Origin: a virus
IMG/VR virus record: IMGVR_UViG_3300035698_005399
Span: 19,495-83,494 of that record
Strand: one strand, 5' to 3'
Length of the DNA stretch: 64,000 bases
The notes beneath the pieces were generated by a model. That model was not told the origin of the DNA and searched no databases. It saw only the letters and a program-made list of their open reading frames with translations. The position numbers and the translations under genes were made by a program. Of the stretch, positions 1-9,628 are shown in pieces. The stretch's first letter is position 1. The number at the start of each line of letters is the position of its first letter.

Positions 1-2
1 GT

Positions 3-1280
3 TACGGTATAGATATTTCAACAGCTAGTCCTGGTGATTACTTGATTTACAGTGGAGATTCAGTAACATGGACAAGTGTTACACCAGGCGCTTATACATT
101 CCAGTGTTCTGAACTAGCTTCTTGTTCATTAACCGCGTTAGGTGACGTTACAGGCTCTCCTTCAGCAGGTCAGGCACTAGTTTATGATGCTGATTTTGGA
201 GTATGGTCTCCTGCTACTATTAGTGGAACCTTTGCGGGCATCACATTAGCTGCAGATTCAGGTACAAGCGAACTAGTAGAATCTGGTGATACCCTTACTC
301 TTGCTGGTGGTCTTGGTATTGATTCAGTTGTTAGTGCGTCAGACACAGTAACATTTAGTTTAAACGCATCTATAGATGATTTAACTGATGTAGATATCAC
401 AGGTGCTGCTAGTGGTGACATATTACAATTGAATGGTTCTGGTGATTGGGTACCACTTACTCCATCTACCATTACTGATACTAATATTGGACTAAATAAC
501 CTAACAGTACCTACTTTAACCAATAGGATATTATCAGGTACAACTACAACAAGTCTATTAACATTTAATAATTTTGGAACAATTAGTCTTCTTTCTATTA
601 ATGACTTAACTCTTGATTCTTCTTCTGGTGTAATTTCTATGGGTGATACAATTGTAACAGATGTATCAGCTATTAGATTTACAGATCGGTCAAATCCATC
701 AGATGCTTTTATGTGGAATATTGGTGAAGGTGGTAACAATACAGTCCAGACTCCTTATTCAGATGATCTATCTGTTCAATCAAGACTAGACTTTAATTAT
801 AATTCTGGAACATTACCACACCAATTTCAAATCTTTGAAGATGGTCATATTGGAATTAATCAAGCATACTACCTGCCAAATAATATTGTAGGAGCTTCTG
901 TTAATTATGTATTAACATTACTTGATGCTACTTCTGGCGAAACCGGATGGCAAGCAAGTTCGGGCTCAGGTGCAGTAGAACTATCAGATCTTACCGATGC
1001 TGATACTACTGGTTTAGCAGATGGAGACTTATTAGGATATGATGGTGCAAACTGGGTTCCAGTAACCCCATCACAATATGCAGTGGATTCAAGTACTGGA
1101 TTAACTTCTGGTACAATAGTTACTCTTTCTGCAGCTACAGTGAATTTAATCTTAGTGGCTAGAAATGGTCAAATTCTATATCCTGGAACAGACTATACCC
1201 ACACAACAGGATCAACAACTGTAACTTTTATACCAGCATTTTCTGGTGGAGAAGATGTAATAGTACATTACTTTAAATAA
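3..1280 (+). CDS. Tail fibre / virion appendage protein, 5'-truncated by the window edge
   Basis: Frame is open from nt 3, upstream of the TTG at 42. Thr/Ser/Gly/Asp-rich with four L-x-D-(L/V)...G(D/Q)-L-(Y/L)...W repeats; lies in the structural module. Confidence 0.7.
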   Translation, partial: YGIDISTASPGDYLIYSGDSVTWTSVTPGAYTFQCSELASCSLTALGDVTGSPSAGQALVYDADFGVWSPATISGTFAGITLAADSGTSELVESGDTLTLAGGLGIDSVVSASDTVTFSLNASIDDLTDVDITGAASGDILQLNGSGDWVPLTPSTITDTNIGLNNLTVPTLTNRILSGTTTTSLLTFNNFGTISLLSINDLTLDSSSGVISMGDTIVTDVSAIRFTDRSNPSDAFMWNIGEGGNNTVQTPYSDDLSVQSRLDFNYNSGTLPHQFQIFEDGHIGINQAYYLPNNIVGASVNYVLTLLDATSGETGWQASSGSGAVELSDLTDADTTGLADGDLLGYDGANWVPVTPSQYAVDSSTGLTSGTIVTLSAATVNLILVARNGQILYPGTDYTHTTGSTTVTFIPAFSGGEDVIVHYFK

Positions 1281-1286
1281 ATAAAT

Positions 1287-2744
1287 ATGTCAAGAATTAG
1301 ATTAGACATTCAATCAACATTATCTCCTGCAGCCAATCAGATAATGGCTACGGATTCTGGTGGTGCATTAATATTTGTTTCTGCGCCTACTGCTGATGGG
1401 CAATCTCTTATTAGAACAGGTGGTGTATTAGCATGGTCTACTATTGCTGGTTCATCTTATATTGGCGATGCTACAAGTCATACTGCAAACGGCAATCTAA
1501 ATATGAATACATTAAATATCAGTAATGCTGGTATTATTACTGCAGATAGAATTGCTCTAGCTGACCAAGGCGGAGATACACTTCCTTGGCTTATATACGA
1601 AGGACCAAGTAATGAATTTATTATTGAAAATAATTCTGCTCAAATGCTTAGTCTAACTACCAATTATGAATTAATTCTTGGCGGGTATGGTATTGGTGCT
1701 AGAACAGGAGCGGGTATAGCATATAATTTAGCAATAGATGGTAATGGTATGGTTATTGAAACTCCGGCTAGTGGGGTTGTGGGCGGAAGTACAGTATATG
1801 GTTCTGATGATGTACTTACTACAAACAGAATTGTATATACAAGAGATCTGGCGATATCTCCAACTGCTAATTTAACATTAACTTTTAGCGGATTAAACAA
1901 TGATATTGTTTTAGATGATGGTGTTATTTTTACTAATGCCATTACATTTAATGTAGCTGCTGCAGATAACTTAACCATTACTGAAGAAGAGGCGGCCAGC
2001 GTTAGTTATATAAGATTTAAAAAATCATCAACCGATTTACTATCTGTTGATGAAGATGGTAATATTCAATTTCATACATACACCTCTATAGGTAGTGTAG
2101 CAGGTACAGTAGTAAGCATATTAACCGCAGACAGTTCAGGTAATATTTTAAATACTGCTCCTGAAATTGATGTACTTGACAATGTTACTGCAGGATCACC
2201 TAGTAGTGGAGATGCTTTAATATATGATGGTGTTGATACATGGGTGTCACAACAAATTACTCCTATTGATATTAATGCATTAAGTGGTGGATCATTAATA
2301 TTACAAGCACAACTATCACCCGGAGACACAATAGGATTTCCTACAACTACTCAATCAAGTGGCAACTTATGGGGAATATATTTCATGCAAGGTACAGCTG
2401 TACCTTGGGCCAGCAATGTTACTACTGGTACAAAACTCACAGGAGTAATAGTTATACCTAGCACTCTTGCTGCTTATAAGATTTATGGGTATGGTATTTC
2501 AACTATTGCGTCAGGTGCAGCAGAAGATATAACTACTACTCTATTAGTAAATGGCGGAACCACTACAGGTTCTTCTTCATTAAGTACAGCTACTTCTGCT
2601 GGAGCAGGCAAATTAGCAGCAAGTATAGTATTAGGTACTCCTGAGACAATGATAGCAGGGGACATAATTCAAATAGATGTAACAACAGTCAATGGGACAA
2701 CACCTACTGGCTTAGCATTTTACATTGAACTAAGAAGAGTATAA
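1287..2744 (+). CDS. Tail fibre / virion structural protein
   Basis: 485 aa, Thr/Gly/Ser-rich, beta-rich; carries the same repeat (IDVLDNVTAGSPSSGDALIYDGVDTW). Confidence 0.65.
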   Translation: MSRIRLDIQSTLSPAANQIMATDSGGALIFVSAPTADGQSLIRTGGVLAWSTIAGSSYIGDATSHTANGNLNMNTLNISNAGIITADRIALADQGGDTLPWLIYEGPSNEFIIENNSAQMLSLTTNYELILGGYGIGARTGAGIAYNLAIDGNGMVIETPASGVVGGSTVYGSDDVLTTNRIVYTRDLAISPTANLTLTFSGLNNDIVLDDGVIFTNAITFNVAAADNLTITEEEAASVSYIRFKKSSTDLLSVDEDGNIQFHTYTSIGSVAGTVVSILTADSSGNILNTAPEIDVLDNVTAGSPSSGDALIYDGVDTWVSQQITPIDINALSGGSLILQAQLSPGDTIGFPTTTQSSGNLWGIYFMQGTAVPWASNVTTGTKLTGVIVIPSTLAAYKIYGYGISTIASGAAEDITTTLLVNGGTTTGSSSLSTATSAGAGKLAASIVLGTPETMIAGDIIQIDVTTVNGTTPTGLAFYIELRRV

Positions 2745-5380
2745 TGGCACTACACATAGTATCGGGAGTAGAAACAATTAACTCAACTACATCTTATCCA
2801 GATGGAATTTCAATTCCGACTGGTACAACATTAATCCTTGAAGATGGCACTGATCTAGATACACCATTTATTAATATAACAGGAACATTATCCGCCACAG
2901 GAATTGGCGTAAATGATTCAGTTAAAATTAAATTGGCTGGAGATAGAGCTGTACCAACATCTGGCAATGATCCTACAGAAGGTAGAATTATGGTTATGAC
3001 TGGTGGTAATCTTTTATTAAAAGGACCAGATGCTAATCTCAAAACACCATTTACTAGATTACTTAGTACAGTTAATATAACAGATGATACAATTGTAGTC
3101 GGCGGCGTAATTGGATGGAAGGTAGGAGATACTCTTGGTATCTCGCAATCTACAATGTATGCATGGGAAACTGAAGAAAGAACTATTATCGGAATTAGTA
3201 TTACTGCTGGTGTATATACTCTTACATTAAACTCAGCTTTATATTATTCCCATTATGGCTCAAACAGTTCTACGTATGATATTACCACAAATGGTAAGAC
3301 AAAAACTATGGATGTCCGTACAGTTGTATCTAACTTAAGCAGACCCATTGAAGTATATACAGATGCTGCTGATGCATATGGTGCTCATATTATGAAAATG
3401 ACTGATGCTAATTCATTAGTATTAATAGGAACACAACTAAGCAGACTAGGTATGAGTGAGCCATCTACATTTCCTTATCAGCCATTTGGAGATACTGGTG
3501 GGCCATATGATAGATTTGATTCGCCTTCTGGATCAGGTTTACCTGGAAAATATAGTGTTCATTGGCATCACAATGGAGATAATTCTATTGGAGACTATTG
3601 TAAAAATGTTGTTACATATCGAAGTAGACATAAGTCATTTGTAATTCATGATTCAAATGGTGTTCTATTAGAAGACAATGTTGCTTATAGAGGATGGAAT
3701 CATCAATTCAGTCTTGGTGAAGATGGTAGAGCACAAGATTGTGTAGTCAATAGAAACTTAGTACAATACTTTAGAAGGATGTACAATGGTAGTGATCCCG
3801 GCACAAATGATACAGACTTCGCATTTAAATCTAATGGTGGCTCTCTAAGAGAAAATAGAGTTGCCGGTGGGTCATGGCAAAATGAAATGCACCCCGGTGC
3901 TTTTTGGATTACTACACCCAGTATTACTATGAGAGATAATATTGTCTCTGGTGGTATTGCTGGTATTGGTTTCTATTTTGATTTTGTAGGTTCCAGAGAT
4001 GATGGTACATTCTTAGAATTAGATCCTTCTGTTGAATATGATACTATGATTTTTGAAAGAAATCAAGCATCTAGTATTATTGCTGAAGGCGGTCATAAAT
4101 TTGGAACCACAAATGATCTTATACAAGGTATAAATTATACCAGTGTTGCAATTGGATTTTCATATAGAACTTCTGGTTTTGCATTGTGGATGGATCAATT
4201 TGATCCTGATAGACCTACTACTGGAAGAGGCAGCTTTGAATATCTAGTGAATGATTTTAAAGCTTATTCTTGTACTGGGTTTGTTTGGAGTGAATCACCA
4301 GCATTTAGATTAAGTGATTTTGCAGGATTCCATATTGGAACTGCAGGAATGGCAATGGGTGGTTTTTGGGAAGACGGTGTAATACTTAAAAGAGATCTTC
4401 TTAAAGAAGATGAATCTATTATTGCGGATACTAGAAATCCTGCACTACATCCAAACTTTGGAAATTTGAGTGATGATACTGCTCATTATGAAGGATACTT
4501 TTTAAATAGAGGTCTAGTATCTGGTGCTACAGTTTTAACTGATATGACTAATGTTCGTACTGCAGCATTTAATGTATGGAGTACAGATAAAACTGGTGGT
4601 ATGAAATTATTCAAACGCATGCATAGCATTAAGAATGTATATGTTGATGGATATATAAATTATATTAGAATTACTCATGCTCACGAAGGACCATTTTATT
4701 TAACCGATTGGAACATTGATAATAAAGATCCGAACTTAAATGCTACATTTGATAGAAGTGATATTGTTGTAGATTTGGGCCAAGATGGTTTAGGTAATAC
4801 TGATGGTTTAACTTCTGGTAAAGGTCCAGCACCACATTCACAAACAAGTGATGACGGTCAAATTAAATACCAAAGCACTAATCAATTTAATGCTGGCCTA
4901 TTTGACTTAGATAATAATTTATTATATACTGGTGATGGTACTACTCTCGCTGCAGATAAATACTATGTTGTTCGAGTAACTTCTAGATCATCTGATGTAT
5001 TAGGTATAATTGCTAATAAAGCAGATGGTGCTGCTACATGGTATGATACTAATCATGCTCTTACTTATAGACAAGTACATGAGATGTATGATATTTCTTC
5101 TACAGCAATTAAAGCAATTGGTTCTAATTTAACATATACTTCTTCCGCAGTAGATATACAAATAGACGCATATGGTTCGTTCGATGGAGCAGAAGCTACT
5201 ATTAATAGTAATGCTGTTACATATAATGCAAACAACTATAGAGACGGATTTAATGTTAATTATCTCTTGGGAGATGTGCAACCCCCAGTAGGTACTAATA
5301 ACGCAACGAATGTTTTTGCTGCAGACTTATATGTTGATAGCATAATCATAAATACAGTTTCAACACCATTATTCACATGA
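2744..5380 (+). CDS. G8 domain + right-handed beta-helix protein (TMEM2/CEMIP/PKHD1-like), putative tailspike depolymerase
   Basis: Family motifs in order: FTRL..., GWKVGD.LGIS, ETEERTI, LYYSHYG, VRTVVSNLSRPI, GKYSVHWH, FVIHDSNGVLLEDNVAY..NH.F.LGEDG, AFWITTP...RDN..SG. Confidence 0.8.
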   Translation: MALHIVSGVETINSTTSYPDGISIPTGTTLILEDGTDLDTPFINITGTLSATGIGVNDSVKIKLAGDRAVPTSGNDPTEGRIMVMTGGNLLLKGPDANLKTPFTRLLSTVNITDDTIVVGGVIGWKVGDTLGISQSTMYAWETEERTIIGISITAGVYTLTLNSALYYSHYGSNSSTYDITTNGKTKTMDVRTVVSNLSRPIEVYTDAADAYGAHIMKMTDANSLVLIGTQLSRLGMSEPSTFPYQPFGDTGGPYDRFDSPSGSGLPGKYSVHWHHNGDNSIGDYCKNVVTYRSRHKSFVIHDSNGVLLEDNVAYRGWNHQFSLGEDGRAQDCVVNRNLVQYFRRMYNGSDPGTNDTDFAFKSNGGSLRENRVAGGSWQNEMHPGAFWITTPSITMRDNIVSGGIAGIGFYFDFVGSRDDGTFLELDPSVEYDTMIFERNQASSIIAEGGHKFGTTNDLIQGINYTSVAIGFSYRTSGFALWMDQFDPDRPTTGRGSFEYLVNDFKAYSCTGFVWSESPAFRLSDFAGFHIGTAGMAMGGFWEDGVILKRDLLKEDESIIADTRNPALHPNFGNLSDDTAHYEGYFLNRGLVSGATVLTDMTNVRTAAFNVWSTDKTGGMKLFKRMHSIKNVYVDGYINYIRITHAHEGPFYLTDWNIDNKDPNLNATFDRSDIVVDLGQDGLGNTDGLTSGKGPAPHSQTSDDGQIKYQSTNQFNAGLFDLDNNLLYTGDGTTLAADKYYVVRVTSRSSDVLGIIANKADGAATWYDTNHALTYRQVHEMYDISSTAIKAIGSNLTYTSSAVDIQIDAYGSFDGAEATINSNAVTYNANNYRDGFNVNYLLGDVQPPVGTNNATNVFAADLYVDSIIINTVSTPLFT

Positions 5381-7179
5381 GCGTAGTATTCACATTCAAC
5401 AATGTAGTAGTTGATAAAACCAAGAACATTTCCTTAATTGAAAATGGTTACTCTGAAGATATCCAGAATATATTTGGATTCTCTTTACAAGCATCTTTAG
5501 AAAGTACTTCAATAGGAACATTGGGCAACTATTTTCCTGATTCATCTGATGCACAAGCTATATTAACTGATTTACCAAGTCCTACATTTAGAACTCCTGG
5601 TGGAACAGATAGCTGGGCTACTTCTAGAAATGCTTCATATAATGGCGGAGGTAGTAGATATTTTGTTGATAATAATATTATGCCATTTGAAAGTAATGTT
5701 GTAGGCAATGTTATATATGACAATTCTATTGAAAAGGATAAAGTAGATAAATCTATTGATGATGAATTACAACCACACAATTTCTTTTTAAAATTTGAAG
5801 CTGGTATTGCTAGTATTAATGATTCTGGAAGCCACTCTTATGTAATTAATTATCATACTGATTGGAATGGTAGTAGCTATGACACAACTGAAATAGATGC
5901 TGCTTTAGCAATTGGCATATATGATTATGTAGAAATAGGAAACGAATTGAATGCTACAGGGTATGAGCTTACTTTTCCTACTGCAGATGAAACTTCTGAA
6001 GGCGGGCATGGATGGGATGTTGCAACACAAGATTATATCCAACAAAATAGAGATTTCTATAGAGATAGAACTACTTATTTGGAAACCCAAAAAGGAACTT
6101 ACGCTAATTTAAAGATACTAATGACGGCACCACCGCCACAATTTCTTTTATATCAGAAATTTAATGTCCCTCAAACATCATGGTCTAAAACTATTATTAG
6201 ACAAAAAGATTTTGTAGAAAAACTAGTAGCGGACCTTACCACTGGAGCTACTGTAATTGATGGATGGATTCATCATATCTATAATCAAGTAGGAGACTTT
6301 CTCTCTACTAGTACTCAGGGCACTCCTCCGGGAGTAAGAGATCCAAGTCAAACAATGGTTGAAAACGCATTAGCTTTTGTTAGTAAAGTAGATGTGTCAG
6401 GCCAACTAATTGGAGATTATCCTTATCATGGACTTAAAGGAAATTATGTAGAATACATTTTAAGGAATTACATTACTCCATATGAAGAAGCTTATCCAGG
6501 ATTAGACCATACAGTTACTGAATGGGCTTTTTCAAATGGTGGCACAGGTACAGTAGACACCATGCTTGCTGCAGCCAATGTAATGAAGTACTTATTGGCC
6601 TTCAATAGAATTAATGAAGTTATTGATGGTAAGATAACACTAGCAACATATCAAAAGTTTCTTTCTAAACCACCAGAACAACGTGTAGCAAACGATAGAG
6701 CCTATGCTTTATCAGTTATGTTTCCAGCACAAGCAACTAATTTCTGGAAGACTGCTGCTATTTATACAGCTACTGACTTTCAACCAAGTGTAGAACTTCA
6801 AGTATTCAAATTATTCAAGTCTGTAGAAGGCGGTACATTTATTGGAACCACAAAACATCTAGGCGATAACACAAGTTTAGTCATGGATGAAGATGTTGCT
6901 ATTGAACTATTTGAAGATAGTAGTAATAATCAATGGTTATACTACGTTAATGTAACAGATGAAGACATTACAATTAACATGTCTGGAACAAATACTTATG
7001 TTCAAGGTGACGGTGCAGCAGGCTTCTCTGCGAATTCAATCGCAGACGAATGGGTATCAGGCACTTATGCATATGATGGTATCAGCGCAGAGGTAACAAA
7101 CTACCCAATGATTTCAATTAATTCTGTTGGTTCAGATAACACTTTAAGGGCAAGAACTGTAGGAAGAATTGAACTTTAA
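5377..7179 (+). CDS. Clan GH-A glycoside hydrolase (GH51/GH79/GH39-like TIM barrel)
   Basis: FRTPGGT motif, acid/base motif YVEIGNE, HHIY, and nucleophile motif VTEW, with typical order and spacing. Confidence 0.7.
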   Translation: MSVVFTFNNVVVDKTKNISLIENGYSEDIQNIFGFSLQASLESTSIGTLGNYFPDSSDAQAILTDLPSPTFRTPGGTDSWATSRNASYNGGGSRYFVDNNIMPFESNVVGNVIYDNSIEKDKVDKSIDDELQPHNFFLKFEAGIASINDSGSHSYVINYHTDWNGSSYDTTEIDAALAIGIYDYVEIGNELNATGYELTFPTADETSEGGHGWDVATQDYIQQNRDFYRDRTTYLETQKGTYANLKILMTAPPPQFLLYQKFNVPQTSWSKTIIRQKDFVEKLVADLTTGATVIDGWIHHIYNQVGDFLSTSTQGTPPGVRDPSQTMVENALAFVSKVDVSGQLIGDYPYHGLKGNYVEYILRNYITPYEEAYPGLDHTVTEWAFSNGGTGTVDTMLAAANVMKYLLAFNRINEVIDGKITLATYQKFLSKPPEQRVANDRAYALSVMFPAQATNFWKTAAIYTATDFQPSVELQVFKLFKSVEGGTFIGTTKHLGDNTSLVMDEDVAIELFEDSSNNQWLYYVNVTDEDITINMSGTNTYVQGDGAAGFSANSIADEWVSGTYAYDGISAEVTNYPMISINSVGSDNTLRARTVGRIEL

Positions 7180-7204
7180 TGTTAAAAATATTGTTATAAT
7201 AGTT

Positions 7205-7501
7205 ATGGAAAACATTACACTTTCAAAAAGAAGCCAAGAAAAAATTCAATCTTTAATTGATAATAAAGATGGATTGGTAAAAGAATTACAAGACAAGGTT
7301 CAAAAGAACTATCAAGAAAATTTAAATGACCTTGAAAAAAGATTCTCTAGTCAGCTAGAAGCATTTATCAATGGCATTGTTAGTCAGTTGGCTGATGATG
7401 ATGGAGAATATGTTCTAACTAAAGAAGAGGATGAATTTGTCTTAAAACCTAAAACTCCAGAAGATGGCGATATTCAGCACGACGATAAGCAAAGCGAGTA
7501 A
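7205..7501 (+). CDS. Hypothetical coiled-coil protein
   Basis: ATG at 7205 preferred over TTG at 7169; helical and acidic. Confidence 0.6.
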   Translation: MENITLSKRSQEKIQSLIDNKDGLVKELQDKVQKNYQENLNDLEKRFSSQLEAFINGIVSQLADDDGEYVLTKEEDEFVLKPKTPEDGDIQHDDKQSE

Positions 7502-8024
7502 TTGTGATACAGTTACATTAACAGATACATTTACCAGTGGGGCATTTAAGCTTACTGGTTTTTCTGCTGTATCAGCAGAACTAAATGTATATAGTCATCT
7601 TGCATTAACAACAATTACAACATACGATGTTATTGATGATACTATAGCAGGTGCTTATGGCACATTAACAATTAGTGGCGATGACTTAATAGTAACTACA
7701 TCAGCTTTCGCAGATGGTATTTGGTTCTTTGAATTCGAATATACGTATACTGATGTTACATTAAAAACTGAAACCGTATGTATATGTATTAATATTGATT
7801 GCGACATGCAACAAGATATTGTACAAAACATTAATACAAGATCTTTAACTACAGCAACCAATTGTGATACTTGTGATGATGATTCTTCATTACCTATTAA
7901 GTATCCAATGATGCACCATGCATTAGAGATTGCAGTAGAATGCCAACTGTGTGAAAAAGCAATTGATATTTTTGATTACTTGACATACAAAGTTGATTCA
8001 AATCAAGATTGCTTAGGATGTTAA
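7464..8024 (+). CDS. Hypothetical virion protein with Cys-rich C-terminus
   Basis: 186 aa; C-terminal CDTC, CQLC and terminal CLGC; in the structural block. Confidence 0.55.
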   Translation: MAIFSTTISKASNCDTVTLTDTFTSGAFKLTGFSAVSAELNVYSHLALTTITTYDVIDDTIAGAYGTLTISGDDLIVTTSAFADGIWFFEFEYTYTDVTLKTETVCICINIDCDMQQDIVQNINTRSLTTATNCDTCDDDSSLPIKYPMMHHALEIAVECQLCEKAIDIFDYLTYKVDSNQDCLGC

Positions 8025-8218
8025 CACTTGAAAACTATACACTAAAACAACTACGGTTACAATACCCAACCGAATATAAAAAACAAATAGTTGATTTTGC
8101 CACACAATATATTTATTACGAAATGTATGGTTTGGAATCAAAATCAGAATTAATTTATGACTGTCTTGTTGAAAATACAGGATTGAATTATTTTATAGAA
8201 AACTATGCATTACTATAA
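8018..8218 (+). CDS. Hypothetical protein
   Basis: Short ORF coupled to its neighbours; ATG at 8018. Confidence 0.5.
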   Translation: MLTLENYTLKQLRLQYPTEYKKQIVDFATQYIYYEMYGLESKSELIYDCLVENTGLNYFIENYALL

Positions 8219-8220
8219 CA

Positions 8221-8577
8221 ATGACATCAATTTTATTAACAGCGACAGAAATATTAACCTATCTACCAGAAGGCATATTTGGATTAATAATTATTCTCTT
8301 AGTAATTGCTATTAGAGAATTATGGCAAAAAATTAATAAAAAAGAAGATTCGATTGCTATTTTAAATAGAGAACATACAAAACAAATGGCAGCAAAAGAT
8401 CAACTATATAAAGAAGCATTAGAGCATGTATTATTAGGATTAAAAGAATCCAACGAAATTGTTCATAAAATTACAATGAATATTAGTACAATGAACAAAC
8501 CATTAAGAGAAGATATAGCAGATCATGATAAACGAATATATACTCTAGTAACAGAAATTAAAAGCCTTATAAAATAA
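8221..8577 (+). CDS. Single-TM membrane protein with coiled coil (holin/antiholin-like)
   Basis: Hydrophobic segment GIFGLIIILLVIAI followed by a charged coiled coil. Confidence 0.55.
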   Translation: MTSILLTATEILTYLPEGIFGLIIILLVIAIRELWQKINKKEDSIAILNREHTKQMAAKDQLYKEALEHVLLGLKESNEIVHKITMNISTMNKPLREDIADHDKRIYTLVTEIKSLIK

Positions 8578-9038
8578 TGACCTATCAAAAAGAAATAGCA
8601 GAACAAATAAGTGATCTTATAGAAAAAAAAGGACTATTAGAATTATCTTATAAGGCATCTCAGGCATTCATTCAAGCTACCAAAGTATACTTGGTTATTT
8701 CAGATGCAAATGGCGGAAGGTTTATATGGATTAATCCAACATTAAAAGAAAAACTTGGTTTTGGATTCAAAGAACTAACTGAAAATAAAGCTATAGATTT
8801 TATTCATCCTGATGACGTACAAGCTACTATTAATGCACAAAATAAATTATATGGGAAAACAATTTCTCCTGTAGACGGATTTACAAATAGATACATTACC
8901 AAAAGAAAAAAAATTATTTATATTGAATGGGTTGAAAATATTCGTTTAAATGGTACATGGTTTTCTATTGCAATTGATTCAACTGAAGATAAGTATGTTG
9001 AACAGAAAAAACTATACCCTGAGTTATGGCAAGATTAA
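8577..9038 (+). CDS. Stand-alone PAS-domain protein
   Basis: FIWINP...LGF...EL....IDFIHPDD...FTNRYITK....YIEW matches the PAS_3/PAC consensus; no output domain. Confidence 0.8.
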   Translation: MTYQKEIAEQISDLIEKKGLLELSYKASQAFIQATKVYLVISDANGGRFIWINPTLKEKLGFGFKELTENKAIDFIHPDDVQATINAQNKLYGKTISPVDGFTNRYITKRKKIIYIEWVENIRLNGTWFSIAIDSTEDKYVEQKKLYPELWQD

Positions 9039-9628
9039 AAAGAAAAAACAGAATAGATACTGTCGTAGTAGAACCTGTTATAACAGAGCCTACTGAAGAT
9101 GCTCCATATGGCTATAAGAAGTCTGGTAAAGCTAAGAAACCACCATTAAAGGATAGAGAAGGCTGGCAGAAGTTTAAGGATGTCTTTCCTGATATAGGGG
9201 CAGGCATTTTTGATATTGCAGGAAACTTCATTCCGGGTGCAGATTCTATTGCTGATATGATTAGAGGATTAGATGGACCCTCTGAAGAAGATAAAGCAGC
9301 GGCATTAGCTTATGCTAAGCAACTAGAACTAGACATGTTTGAAGCAGAAGTTAAAGATAGGGATTCTGCTAGAACAATGAACACAGAGTCTTTAAAATCC
9401 ATAGACTCATTTGTTAGAAGATTTCCATATTACTTAGCAGCAGGTGTACTTTTGATAGCTATGGTATTCATGGGACTAATTCTATTTGGAGGATTTATTA
9501 TTGTGGGTGATGTAAGCTGGATGATTGTAGGCACACTGATGTCTGGATTCACAACCATTCTTGCATTCTTCTTTGGTAGCTCAATTGGTTCTAAGATGAA
9601 AGATGAGAAAGATAATATATTTAGATAA
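9026..9628 (+). CDS. Holin (3TM / GTA-holin-like)
   Basis: EVKDRDSAR motif, hydrophobic TM helices and C-terminal FFFGSSIGSKMKD, typical of this holin family. Confidence 0.7.
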   Translation: MARLKRKNRIDTVVVEPVITEPTEDAPYGYKKSGKAKKPPLKDREGWQKFKDVFPDIGAGIFDIAGNFIPGADSIADMIRGLDGPSEEDKAAALAYAKQLELDMFEAEVKDRDSARTMNTESLKSIDSFVRRFPYYLAAGVLLIAMVFMGLILFGGFIIVGDVSWMIVGTLMSGFTTILAFFFGSSIGSKMKDEKDNIFR

